Positions 22,719-34,098 of a stretch of 64,000 bases of DNA are shown here, piece after piece. The stretch's first letter is position 1. Each line of letters begins with the position of its first letter. Made by a program: the position numbers and the translations under genes. Origin of the DNA: Callorhinchus milii (lineage: Eukaryota); the NCBI RefSeq assembly GCF_018977255.1, contig NW_024704743.1, forward strand, positions 38,752,001-38,816,000, read 5' to 3'. The notes under the pieces were generated by a model, which was not told where the DNA came from, ran no database searches, and saw only the letters and a program-made list of their open reading frames with translations.

Positions 22719-24632
22719 TACTGTATCTTCTTTCTTTGAGTTGGAATCAACGAAAGTGCTGCAGGGGAAGAAGGTTGGTAACTCTGACTAGGACCTTAGC
22801 CAACGACACTTTCCACTTCTCCCTTAGATTACACACAAGGTTTATAGATGCAAGATCCAATTTGAAACTTGTGCCACACTAATTATACATTAGCCCTTGG
22901 GAAGGTATATATCAAAATGGGTTTTAGTCAGGATCATATGTAGGCAGTTATATTTGACCTAGAACTTATTTCAAGTTTGATTGAAATGAATAGTTTGTGC
23001 ATAAACGGAGATTAGGAAGAGTGAATAATTCAGCAACAAAAGGCTGTGGCAACTATCCATCATAAAATATTGGATTTGGTCTGGAGCAAAGCAGGTTTAT
23101 GGCTAGGAATGTGTGTAAACCTGAAATGAATTACGTTGATGTAAAACATGATATGGATCGCTCCAAAGGAAATGTGGAATCTAGTTTCTGTGGTTATATG
23201 AAGTGGTAAATTAATAATGCTCAAAGAAGAAATTTTCACTTTCAGGTATGGATACAGCAACAATTCTGATATCCACAAAACTGAAGAACATTCCCAATTG
23301 CTAAAGGGCCATGAATGAACATTTCAAAAATGTTAGGATGCCAACCCAGAGCCAGACTGCACATAAAGACCAGTCTGTCACTACCTAACTTCAAAATGCA
23401 CATCCATTACTGGATTATTAGGCAATTATTTTATCACAGGATACAATTTGATTTTTTTTTAAAAAGTACATATTTATTGCTATACTGTTTGTTTTCAAGG
23501 TTCTACAAATTTGCCTCAATACCTTTTTGCTAAAAAGAAATGGTGTTGGGTGGGGGAGAATGGGTGAAATCAGACAGTATTCTCACTTTTGATCACTATC
23601 CAGTGGTTGGAAACAAAAGAAACAAAATACACAGTCACATTACTTTACAATATATCCTGTGAAGCACTTTGAGATGTTTTGATGATGTAATAAGGTGCTA
23701 TATCAAATGCCGTTATTGTTATTAAACAAACCTAGTACAAGATTGGCCTTGGTTATGATGTCCTTATGGTTGATTATAATCTGCCCAACATTCACTGCCT
23801 GAATTTACGTCTGAAGAACTGCCACTTGACGAGTGTAAGAAGCCCATTCAAACTGGTGGATCTTCACACCCTCAAGAGTCAGTGGGAGGACATGAATAAG
23901 TAAACCAGCTATAGGAAACTGTATAAACCTCCTATTTTCTTGCATTTCAGCTCCTTCACAAACCAACCGGCACACCAGCAAGACAAGTTGCAAAGCGCCG
24001 AAGTAAAAAGGCTATATTTATACTCGGAGGAATAGTAGACACTTTCTGCATATGGTGACTTCAATTACATTATTTTAAAAAGAGACAAAATTAAACAAAT
24101 TGAAAGGGGGTCGTGGTGGGAAAAGGCAACTTTGGTGTGATAGTTAGTGATAATTAAAACACAAGTTCCAGCCCCCCAAAGAGGGGTCGTGGGGGGTATT
24201 GGATTAACTTAATTTTTTTGATGAAAAATGTGAAGTAGTTAGGAATATGGCTCAGGGCACAAATGTAATAACAATAATAATCCTTGTACGTGAGACATTG
24301 CATGAGTTGGCTGCCATGTTTGCCTACATATACATTGTTATTACGTTTTACAGTAACATTCTGTTAAGCATTTTGAGACATTTCGACGATATGACAAATG
24401 CAAGGATTATTATATAAGATTTATTATTGTTCTTGATTGATCATTAATCATATATTGTTCATCCATGATCTCCTAGAATAGCAAGACAGGCTCATGGGGC
24501 TGAATGGCCTACTCCTGTTCCTATGTTTAAGGAGAGAACGGAGTTTCTCCCAATGTTTGTTGGTCCATATATTTCCACATTATCTATGTGTAACAGCAGT
24601 TACACTGGTTCTGTTTCATTTACAAGATATAT

Positions 24633-24949
24633 TAATAATAATAATAATCCTTGCATTTGATATAGCGCTTTTCACGTCGGAAGGACGTCCCAAAGCGCTT
24701 CATAGAACACACTGTAAAGTGAATTGACTGTATATTTGTGGGCGAACACAGCAGCCAATTGCGCACAGCAATGTCCCACAAACAGCCGTAGATTGAAAAT
24801 GACCAATTTATTATTGTTTTTGTTTTGGAGGGATTATTATTAGGCGTGTGGAGTAAGGAAACTTGCCCAAGGTTTCGCCCTGCCTGGAATTGAACTCAGG
24901 TCTCTCGCTTGCAAAGCAAGTGCTCTAACCACTGAGCTACAGGACTCCA
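24633..24949 (-). mobile_element. Young tRNA(Ala)-derived SINE
   Basis: Near-identical to the other young copies, full length. Confidence 0.92.
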
Positions 24950-25087
24950 CAGAAGCCATATTGAGGCTTCTGTGCTTTCAATCCTTATAATAATCCAACT
25001 CAGGCCTAATCTTGTCTTGGTTCAGTTTGGAAGATGATGTTAATTAATAGGAAAAATTGGGAATGCTGTTTTACACATGGATTAAAT

Positions 25088-25698
25088 TAGAATCTTAGAA
25101 TCTTACAGTACAGAATGAGCCATTCGGCCCATCGTACCTGTGCCAGCTCTTTGAAAGAGCTATCAAATTAATCCCACTTCCCCGCTCTTTCCCCATAGCC
25201 TTGCAAATTTTTCTTTCACAAGTATATATCCAATTCCCTTTTAAAGTATTCGTTGAATCTGCTTCCACCACTTCTGGTTCTTTTGGTTCTTAAATCTGTG
25301 TCCTCTGGTTACTAACCAACCCGTCAGTGGAAACGTTTCTCCTTATTTACTCTATCAACCCCCCTCATAAATTTGAACACCTCTATTAATCTCCCCTTAA
25401 ACTTCTCTGTTCTAAGGAGAACAATCCCAGCTTCTCTAGACTCTCCACATAACTAAACTCCCTCATCCCTGGTACCATTCTGGTAAATCTCCTCTGCATC
25501 CTCTCCAAGGCTTTACCATCCTTCCTAAAGTGTGGTGCCCCAAATTGGACACAATACATCAGCTGAGACCTAACCAGTGATTTGTAAAGATATAGCAGAA
25601 CTTCCTTGTTTTTGTACTCTATGCCTTTACTTATCAACCCAAGGACCCATATACTTTTTTTAAACAGCTTTATCAACTTATTCTGCCCCCTTCAAAAA
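25088..25698 (-). mobile_element. CR1 LINE 3' fragment
   Basis: ORF 25386-25676 reads LGLISKGIEYKNKEVLLYLYKSLVRSQLMYCVQFGAPHFRKDGKALERMQRRFTRMVPGMREFSYVESLEKLGLFSLEQRSLRGD. 3' end has gatgggccgaatggctc and (ttctaaga)-like terminal repeats. Confidence 0.9.
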
Positions 25699-26405
25699 TG
25701 TAATTGGCATTTTGCTTCAAGTGTGCCTTTTTTGTTGTGGTTGTTTGGCTCATTCAGTCTATACCAGCTAAATCAGGTCATTTAATGACCTGAGTTTAGA
25801 CAGCCTTGTGTTTTATGTGCAATTCCCTTTGCTTCAGTAATTGTTAGTAAATTGTTGATGTTATTTAACCTCAGCTACTGAGGAGTGGCTGCAAGTACAC
25901 AAATTTCTAAGAGCAGTTGTAAAGTTTGTATTATATTGCTGAGCAAGAACTCCTTGGGAGCCAGCATCTATCCAGCACTGTCTGCTTCTTTCAAACCCTG
26001 ATTGGATATATTTGGAGCAGGTGAGGAATGCACTGCTTCATTGAGTCTTGTTTCATCAAAACTTCTAGATATGAAAAGTTTCACAATGACCAGCAGCATC
26101 CACTAGTGTATTAAATGGCCTTTCTTAACAAATTACACTCATGTTGCTAAAGGGTCTCCCAGTATAAATGTCTTGTTATTTCAGTAGGAAGAGCTATCTG
26201 TTCCTTAATCTCCAGACAGCAATGTGCCTCTTACAGTCTATCACAGTGAGAGACAGATACAATGCCTTCATTATGCATGTTCACTTGTGTCCAGTCTCTT
26301 TAAGGGCCTTGATTTCTGGTATTTGGAGGGTTTAATCTGAGATACACTCAACAAGCTTGGCTTGTTTACTGTATCATGTGTTACAGTAAAATTGTAGAGA
26401 TTTCA

Positions 26406-26541
26406 ACACCTGGAGACAACGTGGCCCGTCCCCATTCCAGCAGTGGACAGAGGTAGAGGGGATCCCAGGAACATCTTTGGTGTTATCATTAATAGAGATT
26501 TAGATACTGACCAGTTCAAGATATTAGTGAAGGCTGGAATT
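26406..26541 (+). mobile_element. Fragment of a Ginger2/KRBA2-like integrase-transposase C-terminal region, one frameshift
   Basis: With one extra C at 26427 removed it reads TPGDNVAVPIPAVDRGRGDPRNIFGVIINRDLDTDQFKILVKAGI. This resembles the GDxVxVPIPxVDRGRxDPRNI motif recalled from 'KRAB-A domain-containing protein 2-like' Ginger-type transposases. Confidence 0.65.
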
Positions 26542-26813
26542 GGTGGGTGGGCCTTCAGCCTCTCTGTCCCCACCCTCTGGAACTCCATCCCACAGTCCCA
26601 TCACCTCACCCCCTCCCTTGCATCCTTCAAGACCCATATCAAGACCCTCCTCTTTGACCGTACCTTCGGTCACCCTCTTACCCCAGCCACCCCGCCCTCC
26701 ACCCCTCCTGATTCCAACCACCAGCCTTGGTGTGGATCCCTGACTGTCCAACGCTTTGAAACATCCTCCTGACTTGAAAGGCACCATACAAATGTAATTT
26801 GTTGTCGTTGTTG
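26539..26813 (+). mobile_element. L2 3' fragment
   Basis: IGGWAFSLSVPTLWNSIPQSHHLTPSLASFKTHIKTLLFDRTF, followed by stem-loop and (ttg)n tail. Confidence 0.9.
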
Positions 26814-28409
26814 CAAAAGATAAGCTAAGAGCAATCATTGAACTGTTCCAGTAACTGCACTTTGTTTCCCCTTTACAACAACCAACAACAACAACGTGCA
26901 TTTATATAATAGCGCCTTTCACTCGGGGTAGCATCCCAGAGTACTTTACCATCATCGGCAACTTCAACTTCACTATATATCTGGATGAAACTAACTATTG
27001 CACTGCCCAATAACTCCTTAAAATAATAACAACCAAACATCATTAAACAATCACTAATGCCATAATTTACCAACAAATAGGTGTTCTTCCAAAAGCAATG
27101 ATCTGCAAATGCCAAGCTTGGTAGGTTGAATGGCCTCTTTCTGATCCAGTATTCATATGTTCCTACGCAAGGCAATTTACACGTTCCATAGCAGCTAGTA
27201 AATGTTTTACTTTGCAGGCACATAGTGTGAGGATTACATCTCAGGGATTTTTTTATTTATCTTCGGTTATGACAGGGAATGTTAAACTTGTATTGTTTGT
27301 AATACAGGCTGTAATCCTTGATTTGACATAGCACCTTTCAAATCAGGAGGGTGTCTCAAAGGTTTCATGAGATTTACTGTAAAGTCTATTGACTGTATTT
27401 TGTAGGAAAGGTTTGGAAAAATCTTCAATTCAGTCCTTGTTTGAAAACTGCTTCTCTTAAAAGAACTATAAAAGACTGCATTCAAGAATTTTCCACAATT
27501 CTACTCGATATTAAATTTTTAGGCAAACTAGCCTGACTAAATGAGATTGGGTGGAATTTTGGGCCTCAGATAGGCCACCTGAACAGTGCACATACCAGCT
27601 TTGGGTCAGGAGGATCACTGCAACAGTATAAGACAGACTGTATCAGGAATTGTGCAGACAGGGATCAACACTTCTGTTTTATACACAGTGAGGGAGAATA
27701 ATTCCTGTAGTGGCTCAGGCAGCTTTCGATGTCAGTAAAAAAAAAAACTTTTTTGTTCAAAAATTAAACCTGATTCGACTACTAATCAGAACAAAAGTAC
27801 TCAACCTTGGAAATGGCCTGAGCCTGTTAACTGAAAACACACCCGTAACATCCAATTCTTTGGCACAAAGCTGTATTTAGGTTGGAAGAAAATGCTTTCT
27901 GGATGGAATAAAACCTACACTTTTGGTTTGCATTCTTGTTTTCTTACTTTCTGTGGGATCCAAGAAATGTTTGCATATGTTTGGCATTTTTAAAAATTAA
28001 CTTCACATGAAGATGTAGCTTGATAGTCTGCTGAAAAAAATCAAATATTTATTTACAGTGAAAATACCCAGTGTAATCCTTCACATAAATGCAAATACTG
28101 GCAAAAGGGTTATAAAATGACCCATTTCTTTGCTCTGCTGTTTTCTCTTTGGAATCAAACTGGACACATGTTGGATTCATCTTGTGTACTGTAAACAGGT
28201 GTTCAGAAACTAAACAAGATGTTTAGTTATCCCTTTCCATTTTTGGCACACATTGCCGCTATCAAGCTCTGCTACATCAGGTATATTGATACCCCAAACC
28301 ATGTACAGATTGTTCTGTTTCTGCTGTGATAACAATTTTTCATTCCTATTATATTATATTATTATATTATAATATAATATATCCTATTATAACAAATAAT
28401 GTGATATCA

Positions 28410-29000
28410 ATTTACATTTATATAGTACCATTCACATGGGAATTACTTCTCATAGTGCTTCAGACAACTGACTGAGACCCCAAGCTTGGGAGGAGGGAGC
28501 TGCGGAGGGGAGAGGAAAGGTGTTCGCATGCCGGAAGTCTTGAGAAGAGCCTTGAAGGAGGCAAGGCAGGGGTTGAGGCAACGGGACTCCAGGATGGAGT
28601 TCCAGAGGATAGGGGCAGAAAGACTGAAGGCCCGACCGCCAATGTTGTGGCGGGCAGGACGGGGTACATGGAACAGACCAGTGCCCAGCGAGCGGAGCGA
28701 GTGGACAGCTTGGTAAGGTTCTAGCAGGTCACAGAGGTAGGGACAGGCAAGACCATGGAGGGATTTAAAAGTGAAGACAAGGATCTTAAACTCGATCTCC
28801 TGGGGGAAGGGGTGACAGTGAAGTTGGGAAAGGATAGGGATGATATGCCCATGAAGCCTGGTGCAGGAGAGAACATGAGCTGCAGAATTATGGATAATCT
28901 GCAGCTTGTGGAGGGAAGATTAAGGAAGTCTGTTGAGCAGGGAGTTAGCATAGTCAAGCCTGGACGTGGTGAAGGCATGATAAAGGAGGTTTGAAGATGG
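28410..29000 (-). mobile_element. L2 fragment
   Basis: Reverse strand reads HAFTTSRLDYANSLLNRLP...KILVFTFKSLHGLACPYL...IGGRAFSLSAPILWNSI. Confidence 0.85.
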
Positions 29001-29627
29001 AGAGGAAGGGGCCCAGGCGGAGGCACTCTGAGATGCAGTTCCACAGAACAGAGGAAGACTTGAAGACTTGCCCATCCAAAATAAGAAGCGGGCGGCAGAT
29101 GTGAAACAGGCTGGTGTTTGCTGACCAGAGTAAAAGATCATGGCATTGGGGTCACAGAGATTGTAGAGGTATTAATCATTGACAGGTTTGGTTGCAATTT
29201 TTGACTAGTGATAATTTTCAGCACATATGCTTACATAATTTTTCCTCCCCCTCTAGCTTGGGTGTGTGAAATGTGCTATAAAATTGCAAAATATTGTATA
29301 GAGTCTCTGAACATGAGTGACAATTTAATGCCAATTTTTGCTGTGGAGACATACCTTAATCAGTAAGCAGTTAATTTTTGGTTGAGGAGAGAGCACATTT
29401 GGGGGAGAGAGCACTTTTCACCCCTCCTTGACTGATCAAATATACAAAATAAATATCAAACAAAAAAAGTCACTCAGGCTTAGAATTTACAATTTAAAAA
29501 CACTCACTTGAAAATAAAAGATGGCGAGATCTTAAAAGGGCAAACCACTTACTGCTATGGTTGCTAATTAACACTGGCAACAGTTAAGGAACATCTTACA
29601 CTAACTCCAATATCCTAAACTTAGAGG

Positions 29628-29870
29628 TGAAACCTTGGGCAAGTTTCCTTACTCCACACATTAATAATGATCCCTCCAAAAAACAAAACAATCATAAATT
29701 GGTCATTTTCAATCCATGACTGTTTGTGGGACACTGCTGTGCGCAATTGGCTACCGTGTTTCGTCCACAAATATACAGTCGGTACACTTTACAGTATATT
29801 CTGTGAAGCGCTTTGAGACGTCTAGAAGACGTGAAAAGAGCTATATCAAATGCAAGAATTATTATTATTT
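29628..29870 (+). mobile_element. Short-subfamily SINE lacking most of the tRNA head
   Basis: gaaaccttgggcaagtttccttactccacac...gcaagaattattatt. Confidence 0.85.
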
Positions 29871-30049
29871 AAGACAATTAAAAGTGTATGCTTTGTGATA
29901 ATGAGGAATACTTGAAGTGATAAGAATGAGAACATATGTTTGGGAAGTAAGGATATTCACAGAGAGATTCAGACAATAATATATAATAATGAATATATTT
30001 TTTTGAATATCTGTTAAATGAAAGATCCCATGGTATTATTCAAAAAGGG

Positions 30050-30380
30050 TAGAGGGTGGGGGGTGATGGGGTCACGGAACCTGGTGCGGGAGAGGACATA
30101 AGTTGCAATGTTCTAAATGGTCTGCAGCTTGAGGAGGGAAGAGTTGGGAAGTCCGGCAAGCAGTTACTTTGCCTCTCCCTTCTCTCGCCTCCTTCAAGAC
30201 CTGTCTCAAGACCTTCCTCTTTGACCGTTTCTTCAATCATCTTCCCACCCAAGCCCACGTGGCCCCCACCCCTCATTAATCCAACCCCCAACTCGGGTGA
30301 AAGCTTGTGATTGTCCAGCATCTTGGGACATCCTCCCAACGTGAAAGCACTATACAAATGCTATTTGTTGTTGCTGTTGT
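30050..30380. mobile_element. L2 insertion with inverted 5' segment (30050-30163 on -, 30166-30380 on +)
   Basis: The - segment encodes LLAGLPNSSLLKLQ...[15 protein letters not shown]. The + segment is the L2 3' end (SLASFKTCLKTFLFDR, stem-loop, ttg tail). Confidence 0.8.
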
Positions 30381-32310
30381 TAAGGCACTATATCAAATTC
30401 AAGGATTATTATTATTAGATCTTCCTATTGTCTATCATGTATCAAACTGTTCAATATTCTGTTCTCAAACAATCTTACTAGTAATATGTTACTGGTGTCA
30501 ATTTCTGGGTAAAGAAATACTTCCTAGTGTATGTTCTAAAATTTATCCTACATCCCCGAACCTGTTCTGTGTTTACGGTCTCTTATCTTTATTTCTGAGT
30601 TAAAGAGCCTTTCCTTATCTAATCATTCCTCACAGCTTATCTAACACACAGTCTCACTACTCATTTTTGAATTGCCTGGATAGCCCATGAAATATACAAT
30701 CAGTTCACTTTACAATCTCTTCTGTGAAGCTCTTTGAGACGTCTCGAAGATGTGATAATGCAAGGATTATTATTATTATAGCCCATTAATGGATATGGAG
30801 AAGGAATGGGTAAAGAGGATTAAATAGATGAAGAGCTGCCATAAAGGAAGTAAACTGCAGGACACACTCCATTGTATAAATGGCCTATATTCCTGTTTCT
30901 ATGTTCCTGAGTTTCAGGATGCGCTGCTGTCTCAATCACTCCAATTGCTGCTTCAAAAATCTGCATGTGCACATTTGCAGAGAAGGTCAAAGCACAGGAA
31001 TTTCTTCTGAGGTAAGCCTGGGGTGACCTTTTTGAGGCTGCAGAGACTACAGATATATAGAATTTATCTGAAGCAATCTGTATCCATTTCATTGCTTGTG
31101 AGAGGCTATACTCGACAGAACTTTGCAGTATTTAAAATCCATTCTTAATCTACGGTACATTCTCAGTATCAATTTTGGCAGGGAACAGAGGGACCATCTG
31201 TTCTGTAGGAAAGTACTCTTTGTAGTCAGGTAATAAATGTAATTGTCTCCAGTGCAATTGGGTAGTTTATTTCTGAGGTACAATTGATAGCTGCTCATTT
31301 TCAAACAAGCAAATCAGCATAGCCATGCCAATCTTAAAAAAAAATTAAAAAATATAATAAGTCAAACAAACTTGCTCTTTAAAATTCCCTAATCTCAAGA
31401 GCTGTTCAATGGCACAGTTTCTTTTCTGACATGAGTCTACAGTTGATTATAAAGATGCATAATGTTTTAATCCAATTAACATTATAGTGATTCACATTCT
31501 CTAGTCGTTACATGGAAATACCAATAAATAGTTTAATATCACAAGTAGTGTCACAAAGTAAAGCAATGGGAGTTTTGGAAACAATGAATGTCTTTTTCCT
31601 ATCTGTTCTCCAAAGCAAAGGCAAAATTTTCATCTAACACTGTGCAACAGCAACAGCTTGTACTTGGTGCCCTTCCGTGTAGTTAAAACTCACAATGTGT
31701 TTCACAGAGACGGAAGGAGTATCCAGGCAGGATGGGGAATGGACAGAGTTTGGAAGGGGCATGGGACAGAGATAATCAAAAGGATACATCGAAAGAGGCT
31801 TTTAGAAAAAGATGGAAACAGCAGTGATACCCTCAATTAAAGCAAGAAGAGAGAAATAATTGAAATCTTTTGAGGCTCTCCCGGATTTGGAGAAGTGTGT
31901 GTTGGTTTCTCACCCAGGAGTATGGCAAGTGCGAACATATGCAACAAGGCGTGACATTATAAGGCACAGTGCTAAAATCTATATATCAAGCATTTATCAA
32001 TTTGTTTTTGAGTGCTTCAGGTAAATGTGTATTTGTAGAATCTAATTAAGTCTAAATAACTGTAACAGTTTCAAATATGAAGTTGTCATTATTTTCATTA
32101 CTTTTGAACAAGATCCTATATCTAGAAGCATCCATCCCAGATTTCTTCCAGAGAGAGAAGTTCACCACACCAACTCTCTTCATGGTGATTTAAAAGCTTG
32201 GATGATGTTCTATTCTCAGAGTTAGCTTTTTTTCCAAGAATCTCTTCTTATCTCACTTCTTGAACAACAAGACCAATACTTGTCTTCTTTAACTCCATTT
32301 AATAGCTCTA

Positions 32311-33070
32311 TGTCAGCCTGACTCAAGCTGTAACACTCTCAGCTCTGCAACAGAAAATTGTGGGTTCATTTTGAGACTTTGAACTCATATATATATAACT
32401 TTGGAGTCCTGTAGCTCAGTGGTTAGTGCACTCGCTTTGCAAGCGAGAGACCTGAGTTCAATTCCAGACAGGGCGAAACCTTGGGCAAGTTTCCTTACTC
32501 CACACGCCTAATAATAATCCCTCCAAAAACAAAAACAATAATAAATTGGTCATTTTCAATCTACGACTTTTTGTGAGACATTGCTGTGCGCAATTGGCTG
32601 CCGCGTTCGCCTACAAATATACAGTCAATTCACTTTACAGTGTGTTCTGTGAAGCGCTTTGGGACATCCTCCCGACGTGAAAAGCGCTATATCAAATGCA
32701 AGGATTATTATTATTATTATTTATTATATAGTCTAAGATGACACTTCAATGCACTGCTGGGGTTAGTTGCATTTTGGAGATTCTATTCTTTAGATGAGAC
32801 ATTAAACCAAGGTCCAATCTGCCTATTCAAGTGGACATTAAAGATCTGAACCCATGACACTTTCGAAAAGAGATAGCTTGCTGGTGTTCTGACCAACAAT
32901 TCCCCATCTAATAAAATTCATCATTCACTTCATGGATATTGCTGTAGGCAACATAACTGCATCGTCGGCCTACAAAAATGCACTCGCTCCACTTCACAGT
33001 ATTTCCTGTTGAGCACTTTGAGATGTCATCCCAATGAGAATGGCACTGTATCACATGTAGGGATTATTCT
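32311..33070 (+). mobile_element. DeuSINE-like SINE interrupted by a young SINE
   Basis: Head tgtcagcctgactcaagctgtaacactc at 32311. The element resumes after 32726 (atagtctaagatgacac...gatgagacattaaaccaagg...). Confidence 0.75.
32402..32726 (+). mobile_element. Young tRNA(Ala)-derived SINE nested in a DeuSINE
   Basis: Full-length young copy with (att)n tail. Confidence 0.92.
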
Positions 33071-33289
33071 TATGTTCACATGGATAGTGAACAAAAATAA
33101 TTGGAACACCTTTGCTGAAGCCAAAAATAATCACATGTTGCATTTTTCACTCCACGGTTTCATTAATATAATAATTATATAATTTATTGGAATTGTCCTC
33201 TATGATTCTGGATAGACACTTGAGCATTATATTTCCTTTGGCAACTGCTGTCCTATAATGGGACAACAAATTTGATGTTTGCACAGCTT

Positions 33290-33800
33290 GTTAGTTCCCC
33301 TGTACTGTACTCTACTGAATGATAAGTTTTTTGGTATGTAATTACATTTGTAAGTTTTAGCATCAGTATGAAATCTCTTGCAGTTTTGAGTAATGAGTTT
33401 CATTCTTCATTTATCTGCCATGTCACTAATTATCTGTAGATCTCTTTGAACAAAGTGTATGTATCCCATTGGAACACCTACTTTCCCACAAAGTCGTGTA
33501 TCATTTGAAGTTTTAGACATTCCAGTCACAACACTTGTGTTGAGGTCATTAATAAATGCAGAAAGGGTTCCAAAATCAAATCCCTGTGGGCCTATTTTGA
33601 TCAAATGCCCATTTTCAACTGTTACCATTTGAAAAGCACCTTCTGTTTCTTATTATCTAGCCAATGAATAATCCAAGTTATAACTTCATCCTGGATTCTT
33701 CAGTTTAAAATTAGGCACACGAGAAGTCTTAACGAATGATTTCTGAAATTCCATATTTAATGTTGACGACCTTACCCTCAGCCATCGACTCTGCTGCCCT
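33290..33800 (-). mobile_element. Degenerate CR1 RT fragment
   Basis: Reverse strand resembles PQG...FINDL...SK..DT.LCG...QRDL...WADKW.M.F (ORF 33407-33628). Confidence 0.55.
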
Positions 33801-33864
33801 TCTGGTTAGGCTTAACCTGTCTTTTCTTAAAATAACGGCTTGTTTTTTACTTTTGCTCTTTTTA

Positions 33865-34098
33865 ATTCTTTTTGTGGACGAAACATGGCACCAAATGTGC
33901 ACAGCAGTGTCCCACTAACAGTCGTGGATTGAGTGGCCAAATTATTATTATTTTTTAAGGGATTATTACCCCCAGAAAGTGACCCATCAATCAACTACTT
34001 ACTGCTAGGTAAACAGTGGAATGTGGAGTAAGGAAACTTGCCTAAGGTTTCGCCCTGCCCTGTAACCCAGCTCCTCTCACTTGCGAGGTGACTGCTCA
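33865..34098 (-). mobile_element. tRNA-derived SINE, long subfamily (partial)
   Basis: Contains the internal segment cttactgctaggtaaacag and gtggagtaaggaaacttgcctaaggtttcgccctg. Confidence 0.75.

Noticed and set aside
30918..31011. Exon-like segment on + (tttcag ... gag|gtaagc)
   Set aside because: Two open frames, but no recognisable product or partner exons.
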